A stretch of DNA of 49,259 nt from Clostridiaceae bacterium (GTDB lineage Bacteria > Bacillota > Clostridia > Acetivibrionales > DTU013): positions 1 to 49,259 of the forward strand of contig JAAYBT010000089.1 in assembly GCA_012730015.1 (NCBI GenBank). Reading direction: 5' to 3'. The notes below the pieces were generated by a model. That model was given only the letters and a program-made list of their open reading frames with translations. It was not told the origin of the DNA and searched no databases. Each line of letters begins with the position of its first letter. The stretch's first letter is position 1. The position numbers were made by a program, and so were the translations under genes. Shown here in pieces: positions 15,793 to 23,998 of this stretch.

Positions 15793-17703
15793 TCATTTCC
15801 CGATTCTGGGATCAATGTTCAATCGCACCCTCCCACCTGCCAGCTCTGCAAAAGGACCGGCAATTCTACGTCCGTCTGTCGGCATGCCATAATAATCTGT
15901 GCAGCATTTTTCATCCGCCTTTACTTCTGGCAGTGCTTTACTAAATTGGATTTCCATAGTCAGGTCATCGCTGTTAATGTCAATCTCCAAATCGCAGGTG
16001 CAGCCTGCCAGGTCAAAGCCGCAGAATTCCTGCCAGGTCGCCAGATCAAGGCACATTTCGGGTTCGGGATACATGACACGCAGGTAGCCTCCGGGCATCT
16101 TCGCATATGCGTTTCCTTCTACTGTATTATGCTCGTTCGGCAGGATAATTGCAGCCTCTTCGCATTGGTAGAACAGGTTGTTTAAGAAAGTGTTCTCCCT
16201 CGAAGTTCCACCACGCTTTATCTGAAGCCGAAATGCCACTACCTTGGCGAAAAAACCCGCCTTGTTACATTTTCCAATCAAATTGTTAACCATTCGCAGT
16301 CTGTCGGTGCCCTCAAGATATATGCCATAGCCATTCTTGACATCGGATTCGGTCGTTTTGTACCAGCCGGAAGACCCGGGCTCGATGGGTACTGCGCTCC
16401 TATCGTACCGGCCTTCAACATTCCAGATGATATTGTTGTCAATAAGGTTTTCGGCATCTCTGGTACATTCAATAAAAATATGTTCTCTGGAGTCGATTCC
16501 ATCAAGAAACAGATTCGACGTTACACGGTTATTCTCATTGCCTACATCCATCCAAAGTGCATCGCAGCCATAGCATTCCTTTATAACATTACGGCGAATA
16601 AGAGAATTTACTGAATTGTGTACCTTGATAGCGCCGGCTTCCCAGGAAAGCTCCATCCTCTGCCATCCCGTCCCTGTAATCAGGTTATCCTCTATGAGTA
16701 TATTCCTTACAAACATTCCCGCAATACCGCATACACCAACATCCTTAATCGTGTTGCGGCGGATGATGGAATTCCCAATTACCTGCCCTTCAATACGTGG
16801 ATGGTGCCAGCATTCGTTTCCACAGTCGATTCCTGTTGCATTGGACCAATCGATTGTACAATCTTCGATAATCCAGTGATGCCCCCGGTAACAGGAAAGA
16901 GAGCCACGCTGAGGTACCGGAGCGCCAGTCGCTGCATGTGCCAGTGTCAGTCCCTTCACCCGAATGTATGACAGGAAGGGAACCTTCGGTGCAAAGCATT
17001 GTTCCCGGTTGCTCAGCTCTATTATGTGATTTTTAGGATCGTCGTCACCGGTCAGGCGGATATGCAACTTCTGTCCGTTTGCTTCAACCCAAAATGCATT
17101 TTCATTTTCACTCAGAAGGCAGTATAGGGAAACCTGCTTCATCGGCCTGCCGTCTACAAATACCATCCCTCTTCTGTTTAAATAGGTTGTCATGTCAGTC
17201 TTGTCATATTCGATAAACAAGCGGTCATGAAGAATGTTTACGGCACAAAACGGATTATAGCCTTTAAAATCCTCAGGATTCAATTCGATCTCCCACACTT
17301 TAATCCCTTCGGTTTTGGATATGTCTTCGTTGAAGTCTCTGCTCAGCCTCCAACCAACACTTGGCCTGAAGGTCTTCACCTCCACAGATGCCTTAATGAT
17401 AACTTCCTCACCCTCACAGGCTTCATAACTTATCATTCTTTCCTGATTTTGTCCGCCTATAGCCGGTTGTACCGTTTCGCGGTATGTCCCGGCGTGAATC
17501 AACACTTTTGTGCCGGGAGTTGCTATCTGAGCCGCAGCATTAATCGTTCTCAACGGTTCTGCTTTAGTACCATCATTTTCATCGGACGCTCGCGGATTTT
17601 GGTTGTCCACATGGATCTCGCGATCGTACTTCTGTGGGACTTCCCAGAACTCAAAAATTTGACCGTTAGGAAGCTGTGCAGTAAGATCAACTTTTTTTAT
17701 CAT
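15793..17703 (-). CDS. Right-handed parallel beta-helix protein, candidate GH120-like beta-xylosidase
   Basis: 636 aa with no signal peptide. N-terminal 'RASDENDGTKAEPLRTINAAAQIATPGTKVLIHAGTYRE' is typical of beta-helix (pectate-lyase-fold) proteins. Repeated 'N-x-I/V' rungs. Its size and the Asp381/386 ... Glu407/412 spacing resemble what I recall for GH120 XylC (638 aa, D382/E405). Confidence 0.5.
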   Translation of the reverse strand: MIKKVDLTAQLPNGQIFEFWEVPQKYDREIHVDNQNPRASDENDGTKAEPLRTINAAAQIATPGTKVLIHAGTYRETVQPAIGGQNQERMISYEACEGEEVIIKASVEVKTFRPSVGWRLSRDFNEDISKTEGIKVWEIELNPEDFKGYNPFCAVNILHDRLFIEYDKTDMTTYLNRRGMVFVDGRPMKQVSLYCLLSENENAFWVEANGQKLHIRLTGDDDPKNHIIELSNREQCFAPKVPFLSYIRVKGLTLAHAATGAPVPQRGSLSCYRGHHWIIEDCTIDWSNATGIDCGNECWHHPRIEGQVIGNSIIRRNTIKDVGVCGIAGMFVRNILIEDNLITGTGWQRMELSWEAGAIKVHNSVNSLIRRNVIKECYGCDALWMDVGNENNRVTSNLFLDGIDSREHIFIECTRDAENLIDNNIIWNVEGRYDRSAVPIEPGSSGWYKTTESDVKNGYGIYLEGTDRLRMVNNLIGKCNKAGFFAKVVAFRLQIKRGGTSRENTFLNNLFYQCEEAAIILPNEHNTVEGNAYAKMPGGYLRVMYPEPEMCLDLATWQEFCGFDLAGCTCDLEIDINSDDLTMEIQFSKALPEVKADEKCCTDYYGMPTDGRRIAGPFAELAGGRVRLNIDPRIGK

Positions 17704-17719
17704 TGTATTTACCCCTTCA

Positions 17720-19792
17720 TCAATTAATTTTGAATCTGCTTATATTTTGCTGCAGATCCTCGGCAACATTTTTTAATTCATCTGCTTTGGCTGCAAGGTC
17801 CTCAATACCGGCCATCTGCTCCTGTGCAGAAGCTGTGACTTCCTCGGAGGAAGCAGCAGTTTCCTGCGATACAGCGGAAATATTGTGTATCGAGGAAATA
17901 GCCTTTGCCTTGCTCTCTTCCATTTCTAATACCAGTTGGATAATCTGGTCCACTTTTAATGATAGATTTTCCATTGAATTCATGATTTTTCTAAATATAT
18001 CGCTTGTCTTTTCAACGGCTTCGTTTTGCAAATTTAGGATGGATTCAGTTGCAGCAGCCTTTTCTACTGTCTTTTCAGTCATATCCTGAGTGTTGCTTAT
18101 AATTGCAGAAATTTCACGAGTTGCTTCCATAGATTGCTCTGCCAGCTTCCTGACCTCATCGGCTACTACCGCAAAGCCTTTGCCTGATTCTCCGGCTCTG
18201 GCTGCCTCAATTGCTGCGTTGAGCGACAGCAGGTTTGTCTGATCCGCAATATTACCGATCACCTTAACTATCTTTCCAATTGACTTAGAGTTAACATCCA
18301 GCTCTTGTATATCCTTTATAATCTCCCTTGATATAGAAGTTGTTTCGTTGGTTCTGGAATCCAAGTCATTAATTGATGACAGGCCGGTATGAGCCATATC
18401 CATTGTTTCCTTTGTAAGATTATTTATCACTTTTGTGTTTTCAGTAACCTCATTAATTTTCTCAGCCAATTCGCTGATTTTTTGGACCCCCTGTTCAGCA
18501 TCAACAGCCTGTTCTGAAGTTCCCTTGGATATCTCCTGGATCGCCCTCGATATCTCTGAAGAAGAGGCTGAAACCTGTTCGGAAGTAGAGGATACAAGCA
18601 AAGCAGAGGATGATACCTTATCAGCAGCATTGATTGTCTGTTTGATCAAAGCACGCATATTGGAAATCATGGAATTAATGCTGCCTGTCAGCTTCCCAAG
18701 TTCATCCTTCCTATTGGAACTGGGAGCAGATGAAAGGTCGCCTGAAGCAGCCTTTTCTGATGCAGCTATAATCGTGTTGATCGTGCCGCTCATACTGTTC
18801 GCCATCAAATAACCAGTAGCAAGAGCGATCAATACTGCCGCCAATACTATAATAACCGTTACCAGAACAACTCTTGTGGCTGCTGAACTTAAATCACTTT
18901 CCGGTATCATCCCCAAGAGGATCAATCCTGTATCTTCAACCTTGTGGTAGGAAGCTAAGTACCTTATTCCTTGATAAGTAATACTGTCTGTTCCGCTTTC
19001 CTCATTGCCGCTTTGCATTCTTTGATAAAACGTCTGCTCCAGCAGATCCGAATTCTCTTCCGACACACCATTGCGAATGACTTTCCCGTCAGGAGTAGTA
19101 ACAAAAATCTGCTTATTCTCACCCAAATCAATGCCGGACACGAGATTAGCGATTGTATCCGGTTTTACATCGACGATCATTATGCCGATAATTTCCTTCG
19201 TCTTGAGGCTGCGGACAAGCTTCATGTATGCAAGCGAATAGTAATCCGAAGCCTTGTTTTCCAGCCCGTCCAAATCCTGATGCTGTCCGAGCCATACACC
19301 GACAGTCGGATCCTGTTCCAATACATTTACATAGGATGTATCTTTGATATCATCATATGTCAAATCCGTATTAAAAGATGCACCTAAATCGGCTTTGGAT
19401 ATAATCATCACACTCTGGATATTGTCGTTGAACATAGATACATTTAGCAGCTTAATATTAACATTGGATTTAGTCTTCGATTTTGACATTGAATTATCTA
19501 TATCATCCTTCGACCACTTATTTGTATAATACTCCTGTACTTCAGTATCAATACACAATTGATCAGCATGATCCTTTACAGTTTTGAGTATCAATTCCAA
19601 ATATTTACTGCTGTTATGCATTGCTGTCTCAGAAGAACGTGCCGTAAGACTGACCGCTGTGTTGGAAGTATTGATGTAGGAAACAATGCCAAGTATGACG
19701 ATAAGAATCACGGGAACCAAAAATGCGAGAATAAGCTGAGTTCTGATGCTTCTTGAAACTATTGACAGAGACGGCATTTTAAATATTTTCAT
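17720..19792 (-). CDS. Methyl-accepting chemotaxis protein (double-Cache-like sensor, HAMP, MA domain)
   Basis: Signalling hairpin '[34 protein letters not shown]'. TM1 '[18 protein letters not shown]', an extracytoplasmic domain of about 270 aa, then TM2 and HAMP. I prefer start MKIFKM at 19792 (GGGAGGA upstream); the 40-codon track extension to 19912 runs into a terminator-like hairpin. Confidence 0.85.
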   Translation of the reverse strand: MKIFKMPSLSIVSRSIRTQLILAFLVPVILIVILGIVSYINTSNTAVSLTARSSETAMHNSSKYLELILKTVKDHADQLCIDTEVQEYYTNKWSKDDIDNSMSKSKTKSNVNIKLLNVSMFNDNIQSVMIISKADLGASFNTDLTYDDIKDTSYVNVLEQDPTVGVWLGQHQDLDGLENKASDYYSLAYMKLVRSLKTKEIIGIMIVDVKPDTIANLVSGIDLGENKQIFVTTPDGKVIRNGVSEENSDLLEQTFYQRMQSGNEESGTDSITYQGIRYLASYHKVEDTGLILLGMIPESDLSSAATRVVLVTVIIVLAAVLIALATGYLMANSMSGTINTIIAASEKAASGDLSSAPSSNRKDELGKLTGSINSMISNMRALIKQTINAADKVSSSALLVSSTSEQVSASSSEISRAIQEISKGTSEQAVDAEQGVQKISELAEKINEVTENTKVINNLTKETMDMAHTGLSSINDLDSRTNETTSISREIIKDIQELDVNSKSIGKIVKVIGNIADQTNLLSLNAAIEAARAGESGKGFAVVADEVRKLAEQSMEATREISAIISNTQDMTEKTVEKAAATESILNLQNEAVEKTSDIFRKIMNSMENLSLKVDQIIQLVLEMEESKAKAISSIHNISAVSQETAASSEEVTASAQEQMAGIEDLAAKADELKNVAEDLQQNISRFKIN

Positions 19793-19879
19793 ATTCTTTA
19801 CACTATCCTCCCTACCGATATAACCGGCTTCTAAGAAAATACACAGCAGCAGCCGGAATAAGGTTTCTTCAAATAGTTG

Positions 19880-19955
19880 AAAAATGGGACTTGCCTGACT
19901 AACATTATCCATTGCCAGTATTTGACACTGGGTCGATGTTTCTCAGACAAGTCCC
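19880..19955 (-). terminator. Long interrupted rod hairpin followed by a U-tract between the SBP and MCP genes
   Basis: Pairings GGGACTTG/CAAGTCCC (8 bp), CTGA/TCAG, AACAT/ATGTT and CCAGT/ACTGG nest over 19886-19955. On the minus strand the structure is followed by ATTTTTC (19885-19879). Confidence 0.55.
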
Positions 19956-19978
19956 TTGTTTAACTACTTCCTAGGCTT

Positions 19979-19998
19979 GCTTTCAGTCTGCTGAAAGC
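19979..19998 (-). other. 8-bp stem-loop (GCTTTCAG n4 CTGAAAGC) 13 nt after the SBP stop
   Basis: Perfect inverted repeat at 19979-19986 and 19991-19998 with no U-tract. Probably an mRNA-stabilising or processing hairpin. Confidence 0.4.
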
Positions 19999-20010
19999 CA
20001 TCGGACAATT

Positions 20011-21810
20011 TTACTTACCCGCTGCAGCATTCTTGACATCCAGTTCGATCTGCCACTTAGCAAGGTCGAACTCAACCAGTTCTTCGTAGCCATTACCAAT
20101 CATCTGCTCTACCATCTCATCCCACAAAGCATCGAATTTAGCTTCGCTGCCGCAGAAGATCATCTTCCAGGAGTATTCCTCGAGAACCTCTCCGCAGGAG
20201 TTACGATAGACAGCAACATCGTTCGTGTCGCTTGGCAGCGATACGCTGACATTCGGGCTAACCAGCAGTACGTTGTTCTTCTTCATCCACTCTGCAGGTT
20301 CAGCTGCGCCGAACTTAGCAGCCCAGTCTTTCTTCATCTGGGTCTGTATAGATGCCTTGTATGAGCTCCAATAATCCTTGCTGTAGGGCTCACCGGTATT
20401 CGGATTAGTGCTTATAGCATCAACGAGCCACTGATTGATTGCATTGTTACCATCGTTGAATCCGCCACCGCCGAACTCTTCAGGGACAGGAAGATTATCC
20501 ATCAATGCGTTTTCGTTCATAATGGTGAATTTTCCGTCAGGGCCAACTGTATAGTTGAAGCCTTCAATACCATTATGAGCAAATTGCAACCCTTCAGGGC
20601 TTGCATACCAATCAAGGAATTCCATAATTCTTGCATACTTCTCATCGTCAACACCCGAGCCTACACCAAAGACACGACCGCTGCCATAGTATGTATCGGA
20701 ATCCTGATAATACTTCTGATCCTTTACAGGAATAAAGATATACGCTGAGCCATCTGCAAGCTTGTCAGCCGTATTCCAGAAACCAACCTGCCAGCTGTAC
20801 CAGAGTAAATGAACCTGGCCGGCTGTAATCTTCGGATATACTGCGTTCCAATCCTGATCCTTGGAGTCAGGATCTACAAGACCTCTCTGCTGTGCATCAA
20901 ACAGGAAGTGCAGCATCTTGTAGTATGTTCCGGATTTGTCGGTTAACTTATAGAAAGTTCCGTCCGGCTTTAATACAACAGAGCCTTTAATTTTCTCTCC
21001 ATACCAGGTTGTCAGCTGAACAACATTTGCAATACCCAACATATTGTCGCCGCCATCCCAGTCAGGCCACAGGGTCATTGCATAGCACGGATCACCGGCT
21101 TCATTCTTCGGATGAATTTTCTGCATTTCTGCAAGAGCGTCCAGAAGTCCGTCCAAATCAGCGATATCAGGAGCTCCGATTTGGTTATACAAATCCCAGC
21201 GAAGCAAAGGACTTGAATAAATAACATCCTGTGAATATGATGTCGGAGAAGTGTTTGTCATCTGACAGGGTAACCCAAAGATTTTGCCTGCGTCATTTCC
21301 CGGTAAGCCTTTATTGAATACTTCGATCTGATCCATATAATCCATCAGGTTAGGCCATTGTGTAATTTCAGCACTGATATCCTTTATTAATCCATTCTGA
21401 TAACAGTCTGCAAAATCTGTAGCCTCAAGGATAACGATATCACCCAGATTACCAGAGCTGATACGTGTCTGGTATAATGCGTCTCCGGCTACCTGTGGCG
21501 CAAGGATATTGAGTGCCAGATTAAATCTGTCCTTTATAACCTTGTCAAACCATCCGCTTTGCAGTCCCTGATAATTTGCTGCCACATCATAAATGTCAAT
21601 TGTCAGCTGTTTATCATGAGATATAGCTGCGGCATCCCCGTTTTCGGTCTTACTTCCGCTGTCCGTCTCAGTCTTGCTTCCGCTGTCTGCCGGTGTCTGA
21701 GCCGTTGTAGCGTCCTTGTTATCGCCCGCAGTATTCCCGCAGCCGGTTAAAAGAGCTACCACAACAAGAGACATTACCAGCAGCAATGATATTACCTTTT
21801 TGAACCCCAT
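20011..21810 (-). CDS. Extracellular solute-binding lipoprotein of a carbohydrate ABC importer (large LplA-like type)
   Basis: 599 aa. Lipobox 'ALLTGC'. A Thr/Ser/Asp-rich linker with duplicated 'DSGSKTE'. SD GGGAGG. Confidence 0.8.
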   Translation of the reverse strand: MGFKKVISLLLVMSLVVVALLTGCGNTAGDNKDATTAQTPADSGSKTETDSGSKTENGDAAAISHDKQLTIDIYDVAANYQGLQSGWFDKVIKDRFNLALNILAPQVAGDALYQTRISSGNLGDIVILEATDFADCYQNGLIKDISAEITQWPNLMDYMDQIEVFNKGLPGNDAGKIFGLPCQMTNTSPTSYSQDVIYSSPLLRWDLYNQIGAPDIADLDGLLDALAEMQKIHPKNEAGDPCYAMTLWPDWDGGDNMLGIANVVQLTTWYGEKIKGSVVLKPDGTFYKLTDKSGTYYKMLHFLFDAQQRGLVDPDSKDQDWNAVYPKITAGQVHLLWYSWQVGFWNTADKLADGSAYIFIPVKDQKYYQDSDTYYGSGRVFGVGSGVDDEKYARIMEFLDWYASPEGLQFAHNGIEGFNYTVGPDGKFTIMNENALMDNLPVPEEFGGGGFNDGNNAINQWLVDAISTNPNTGEPYSKDYWSSYKASIQTQMKKDWAAKFGAAEPAEWMKKNNVLLVSPNVSVSLPSDTNDVAVYRNSCGEVLEEYSWKMIFCGSEAKFDALWDEMVEQMIGNGYEELVEFDLAKWQIELDVKNAAAGK

Positions 21811-21848
21811 AATTAAACCTCCCTTTAATGATAGTATGTTCTATAATA

Positions 21849-21874
21849 AACAATGAATTCCTGTCTTCATTGTT
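21849..21874 (-). other. 9-bp perfect hairpin (AACAATGAA n8 TTCATTGTT) 9 nt after the permease stop
   Basis: Arms at 21849-21857 and 21866-21874. On the minus strand it is followed by U/A-rich 'TATTATAG'. It could be an intra-operon attenuator ahead of the SBP gene. Confidence 0.4.
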
Positions 21875-21882
21875 CATTAACC

Positions 21883-22815
21883 TTACCCCTTTACGGCACC
21901 GATCATAATACCTTTTACAAAAAATCTCTGGAAGATCGGATATACCATGATGATCGGAGTTACGACAAGGACGGTAACCGTCATACGGATCGATGTAGCC
22001 GTCTGAGCTTTTGCGAGGCTGGCGGCCAGATTTGCCGTACTCGATGAGTTGTTTATCAGACCCTTTAAGGAGTTTGCCTGATTTATGTACTGATACAGGA
22101 CAAACTGCAATGTATATAGCTTATTATCAGTTACCAGCAGCAGAGTATCCTGAAAAGAATTCCACTGTGCTACGGCAGCGAAGATAGCAATCGTTGCAAG
22201 AATCGGTTTTATTACCGGAAGCATTACTCTGACAAAGACAGTAAATGTACCTGCCCCATCAATCTCGGCAGCTTCCTGCAATTCCTTTGGAGTTGACTCC
22301 ACGAAGGTTTTGCACAAAACAATATAGAAAGGCTGTACTACAACCGGCCAGATGTATCCCCAGAAATTATTGGTAAGACCAAGGTTCAGCATGGTTATAA
22401 ACCACGGAATAATACCGGCGTTAAAATACATGGTAACCACTACAAAACGATACCAGAATTTCCTGCCCCACATAGTTTCTCTTGTAAACATAAATCCCAG
22501 GAAGGCTGCGAACAAAACTGTAAGAACCGTACCTACCGTTGTTCTCGCAACCGAAACCTGCAGAGCGTTAAACAGATCCGGAATCTTAAGAACATTTACA
22601 TAGTTGGAGAAATGTATTCCCAACGGCCAGAATAACACCTTTCCTTTATCACTCAAGTCATTTGCACTGATTGAGTTTATAAATATATAGTAAAACGGAT
22701 AAACACATACGAATGCAAATATCGAATAAACAAAATAGGTAATGACACTTATAAGCCTGTCGCCTACACTGACATGTAATTTATGTTTTGGTGCTTTTAG
22801 TTTTCTTTTATTCAT
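21883..22815 (-). CDS. Carbohydrate ABC transporter permease (LplC-like)
   Basis: 310 aa, 6 TM, EAA-loop 'EAAEIDGAGTFTVFVRVMLPV', SD AGGAGG. Confidence 0.85.
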   Translation of the reverse strand: MNKRKLKAPKHKLHVSVGDRLISVITYFVYSIFAFVCVYPFYYIFINSISANDLSDKGKVLFWPLGIHFSNYVNVLKIPDLFNALQVSVARTTVGTVLTVLFAAFLGFMFTRETMWGRKFWYRFVVVTMYFNAGIIPWFITMLNLGLTNNFWGYIWPVVVQPFYIVLCKTFVESTPKELQEAAEIDGAGTFTVFVRVMLPVIKPILATIAIFAAVAQWNSFQDTLLLVTDNKLYTLQFVLYQYINQANSLKGLINNSSSTANLAASLAKAQTATSIRMTVTVLVVTPIIMVYPIFQRFFVKGIMIGAVKG

Positions 22816-22840
22816 ACCGTTACCTCCTGACTTAATGGGC

Positions 22841-23761
22841 TTAAATGAATCCCTGTCCTCTTACCATCTTTGACACTCCATTTGCCGTACACAAGAGTAT
22901 AATACTGACGACACTCTTGAACATGCTTATTGCAACGGAAAGAGAATAGCCGCCGCTGCCCATTGCCAGATTGTATACATAAAGGTCCAGAACTTGAATA
23001 TAATCCTTGTTGAATGCATTTTGAAAGACATAGAATTGCTCAAATCCGTTAGAGAGGAAATTCGCCAGATTCAACATGATGATTACAAAATAAGTAGGTA
23101 AGAGGCTCGGAATCGTAATATGCCATATAATTCTCATCCTCGAGGCGCCGTCAACCTTCGCTGCCGTAATCATCTCCTCATCAATACCGGCAATAGCCGC
23201 AATATACATGATAGCCGCCCAGCCGGCATTCTTCCATGTCAGCCACAGCCACATCTTAAACCAGATATGATCAGAGGATGCAAGAAATATCTCCGGCTCT
23301 TGAAGCAAACCCAGATTCATTGCCACAGAATTAACAGCGCCTGTGCTGCTGAATACGGAATATGCAAGGGAATATACCAAAACCCAGCTGATAAAGTTCG
23401 GCAATGTCGTTACCGTCTGTACGAATTTCTTGAATTTTGTAAACTTAATCTCGTTAAGAAATATTGCAAAAACCATTGGAAACCAGGAGAAGAATAAACT
23501 TAAGCCACTTATTGCAAATGTATTCCTCAAAACCTCGATAAGCTGATTGATCCTGACCTTGTTTGATACCATTGTTGTAAACCATTTAAGTCCGACAAAC
23601 TTATCCCATGTTATTGGGAATGGCGGCTTATAATCAAAAAACGCATAGAACCATCCATAAAGCGGATAGTAGGAAAAAATTGCTACTATAGCCAGAAAGG
23701 GTACTATATACAAAAATTCCCGAAATGCTCTGGCTTTTCTCCTATCCTCTAATAACCTCAT
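22841..23761 (-). CDS. Carbohydrate ABC transporter permease (LplB-like)
   Basis: 306 aa, EAA-loop 'TAAKVDGASRMRIIWHITIPS', with the N-terminus typical of the LplB type. Confidence 0.85.
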   Translation of the reverse strand: MRLLEDRRKARAFREFLYIVPFLAIVAIFSYYPLYGWFYAFFDYKPPFPITWDKFVGLKWFTTMVSNKVRINQLIEVLRNTFAISGLSLFFSWFPMVFAIFLNEIKFTKFKKFVQTVTTLPNFISWVLVYSLAYSVFSSTGAVNSVAMNLGLLQEPEIFLASSDHIWFKMWLWLTWKNAGWAAIMYIAAIAGIDEEMITAAKVDGASRMRIIWHITIPSLLPTYFVIIMLNLANFLSNGFEQFYVFQNAFNKDYIQVLDLYVYNLAMGSGGYSLSVAISMFKSVVSIILLCTANGVSKMVRGQGFI

Positions 23762-23836
23762 CCCATACTGTCCCCCTGTTTTTATTAAGTTACTCAGGCA
23801 TCGTTAAGAAATAATTTCCGCTAATCATTTACAGGG

Positions 23837-23961
23837 AACTACACTATCCAGGCTGCATGGGCGAGCAGCAAACGTAGTTTTCGACCAGTCCGCTCCATTC
23901 CCCAATAGATTTCGCTAAAGCAAAATGTTTCATTAGTGTAGCATTTCTGCGAAGCAGAAAT
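23837..23961 (-). other. Structured, relatively GC-rich spacer between GH51 and the permease genes
   Basis: Nested stems AACTAC(23837-42)/GTAGTT(23874-79) and GCTGC(23852-56)/GCAGC(23865-69). A separate 8-bp hairpin ATTTCTGC gaa GCAGAAAT lies at 23943-23961. No U-tract follows either structure. Confidence 0.35.
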
Positions 23962-23998
23962 CCATTAAAAGAAGCGGAAGTAATTTTTTAGCCGAGCC

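Noticed and set aside
8967-17727. Long antisense ORFs inside GH39, GH31, GH127 and the beta-helix gene (for example 8967-9482, 12158-12922, 14353-14934, 17227-17727)
   Set aside because: Each is fully nested antisense to an ORF with clear family motifs. None has an SD and none has a domain signature, so they are typical shadow ORFs.
19793-19912. 40-codon N-terminal extension of the MCP given by the ORF track
   Set aside because: The extension runs through the terminator-like rod hairpin (19886-19955) and has no SD. The internal MKIFKM start has GGGAGGA upstream and gives a normal short N-terminus before TM1.
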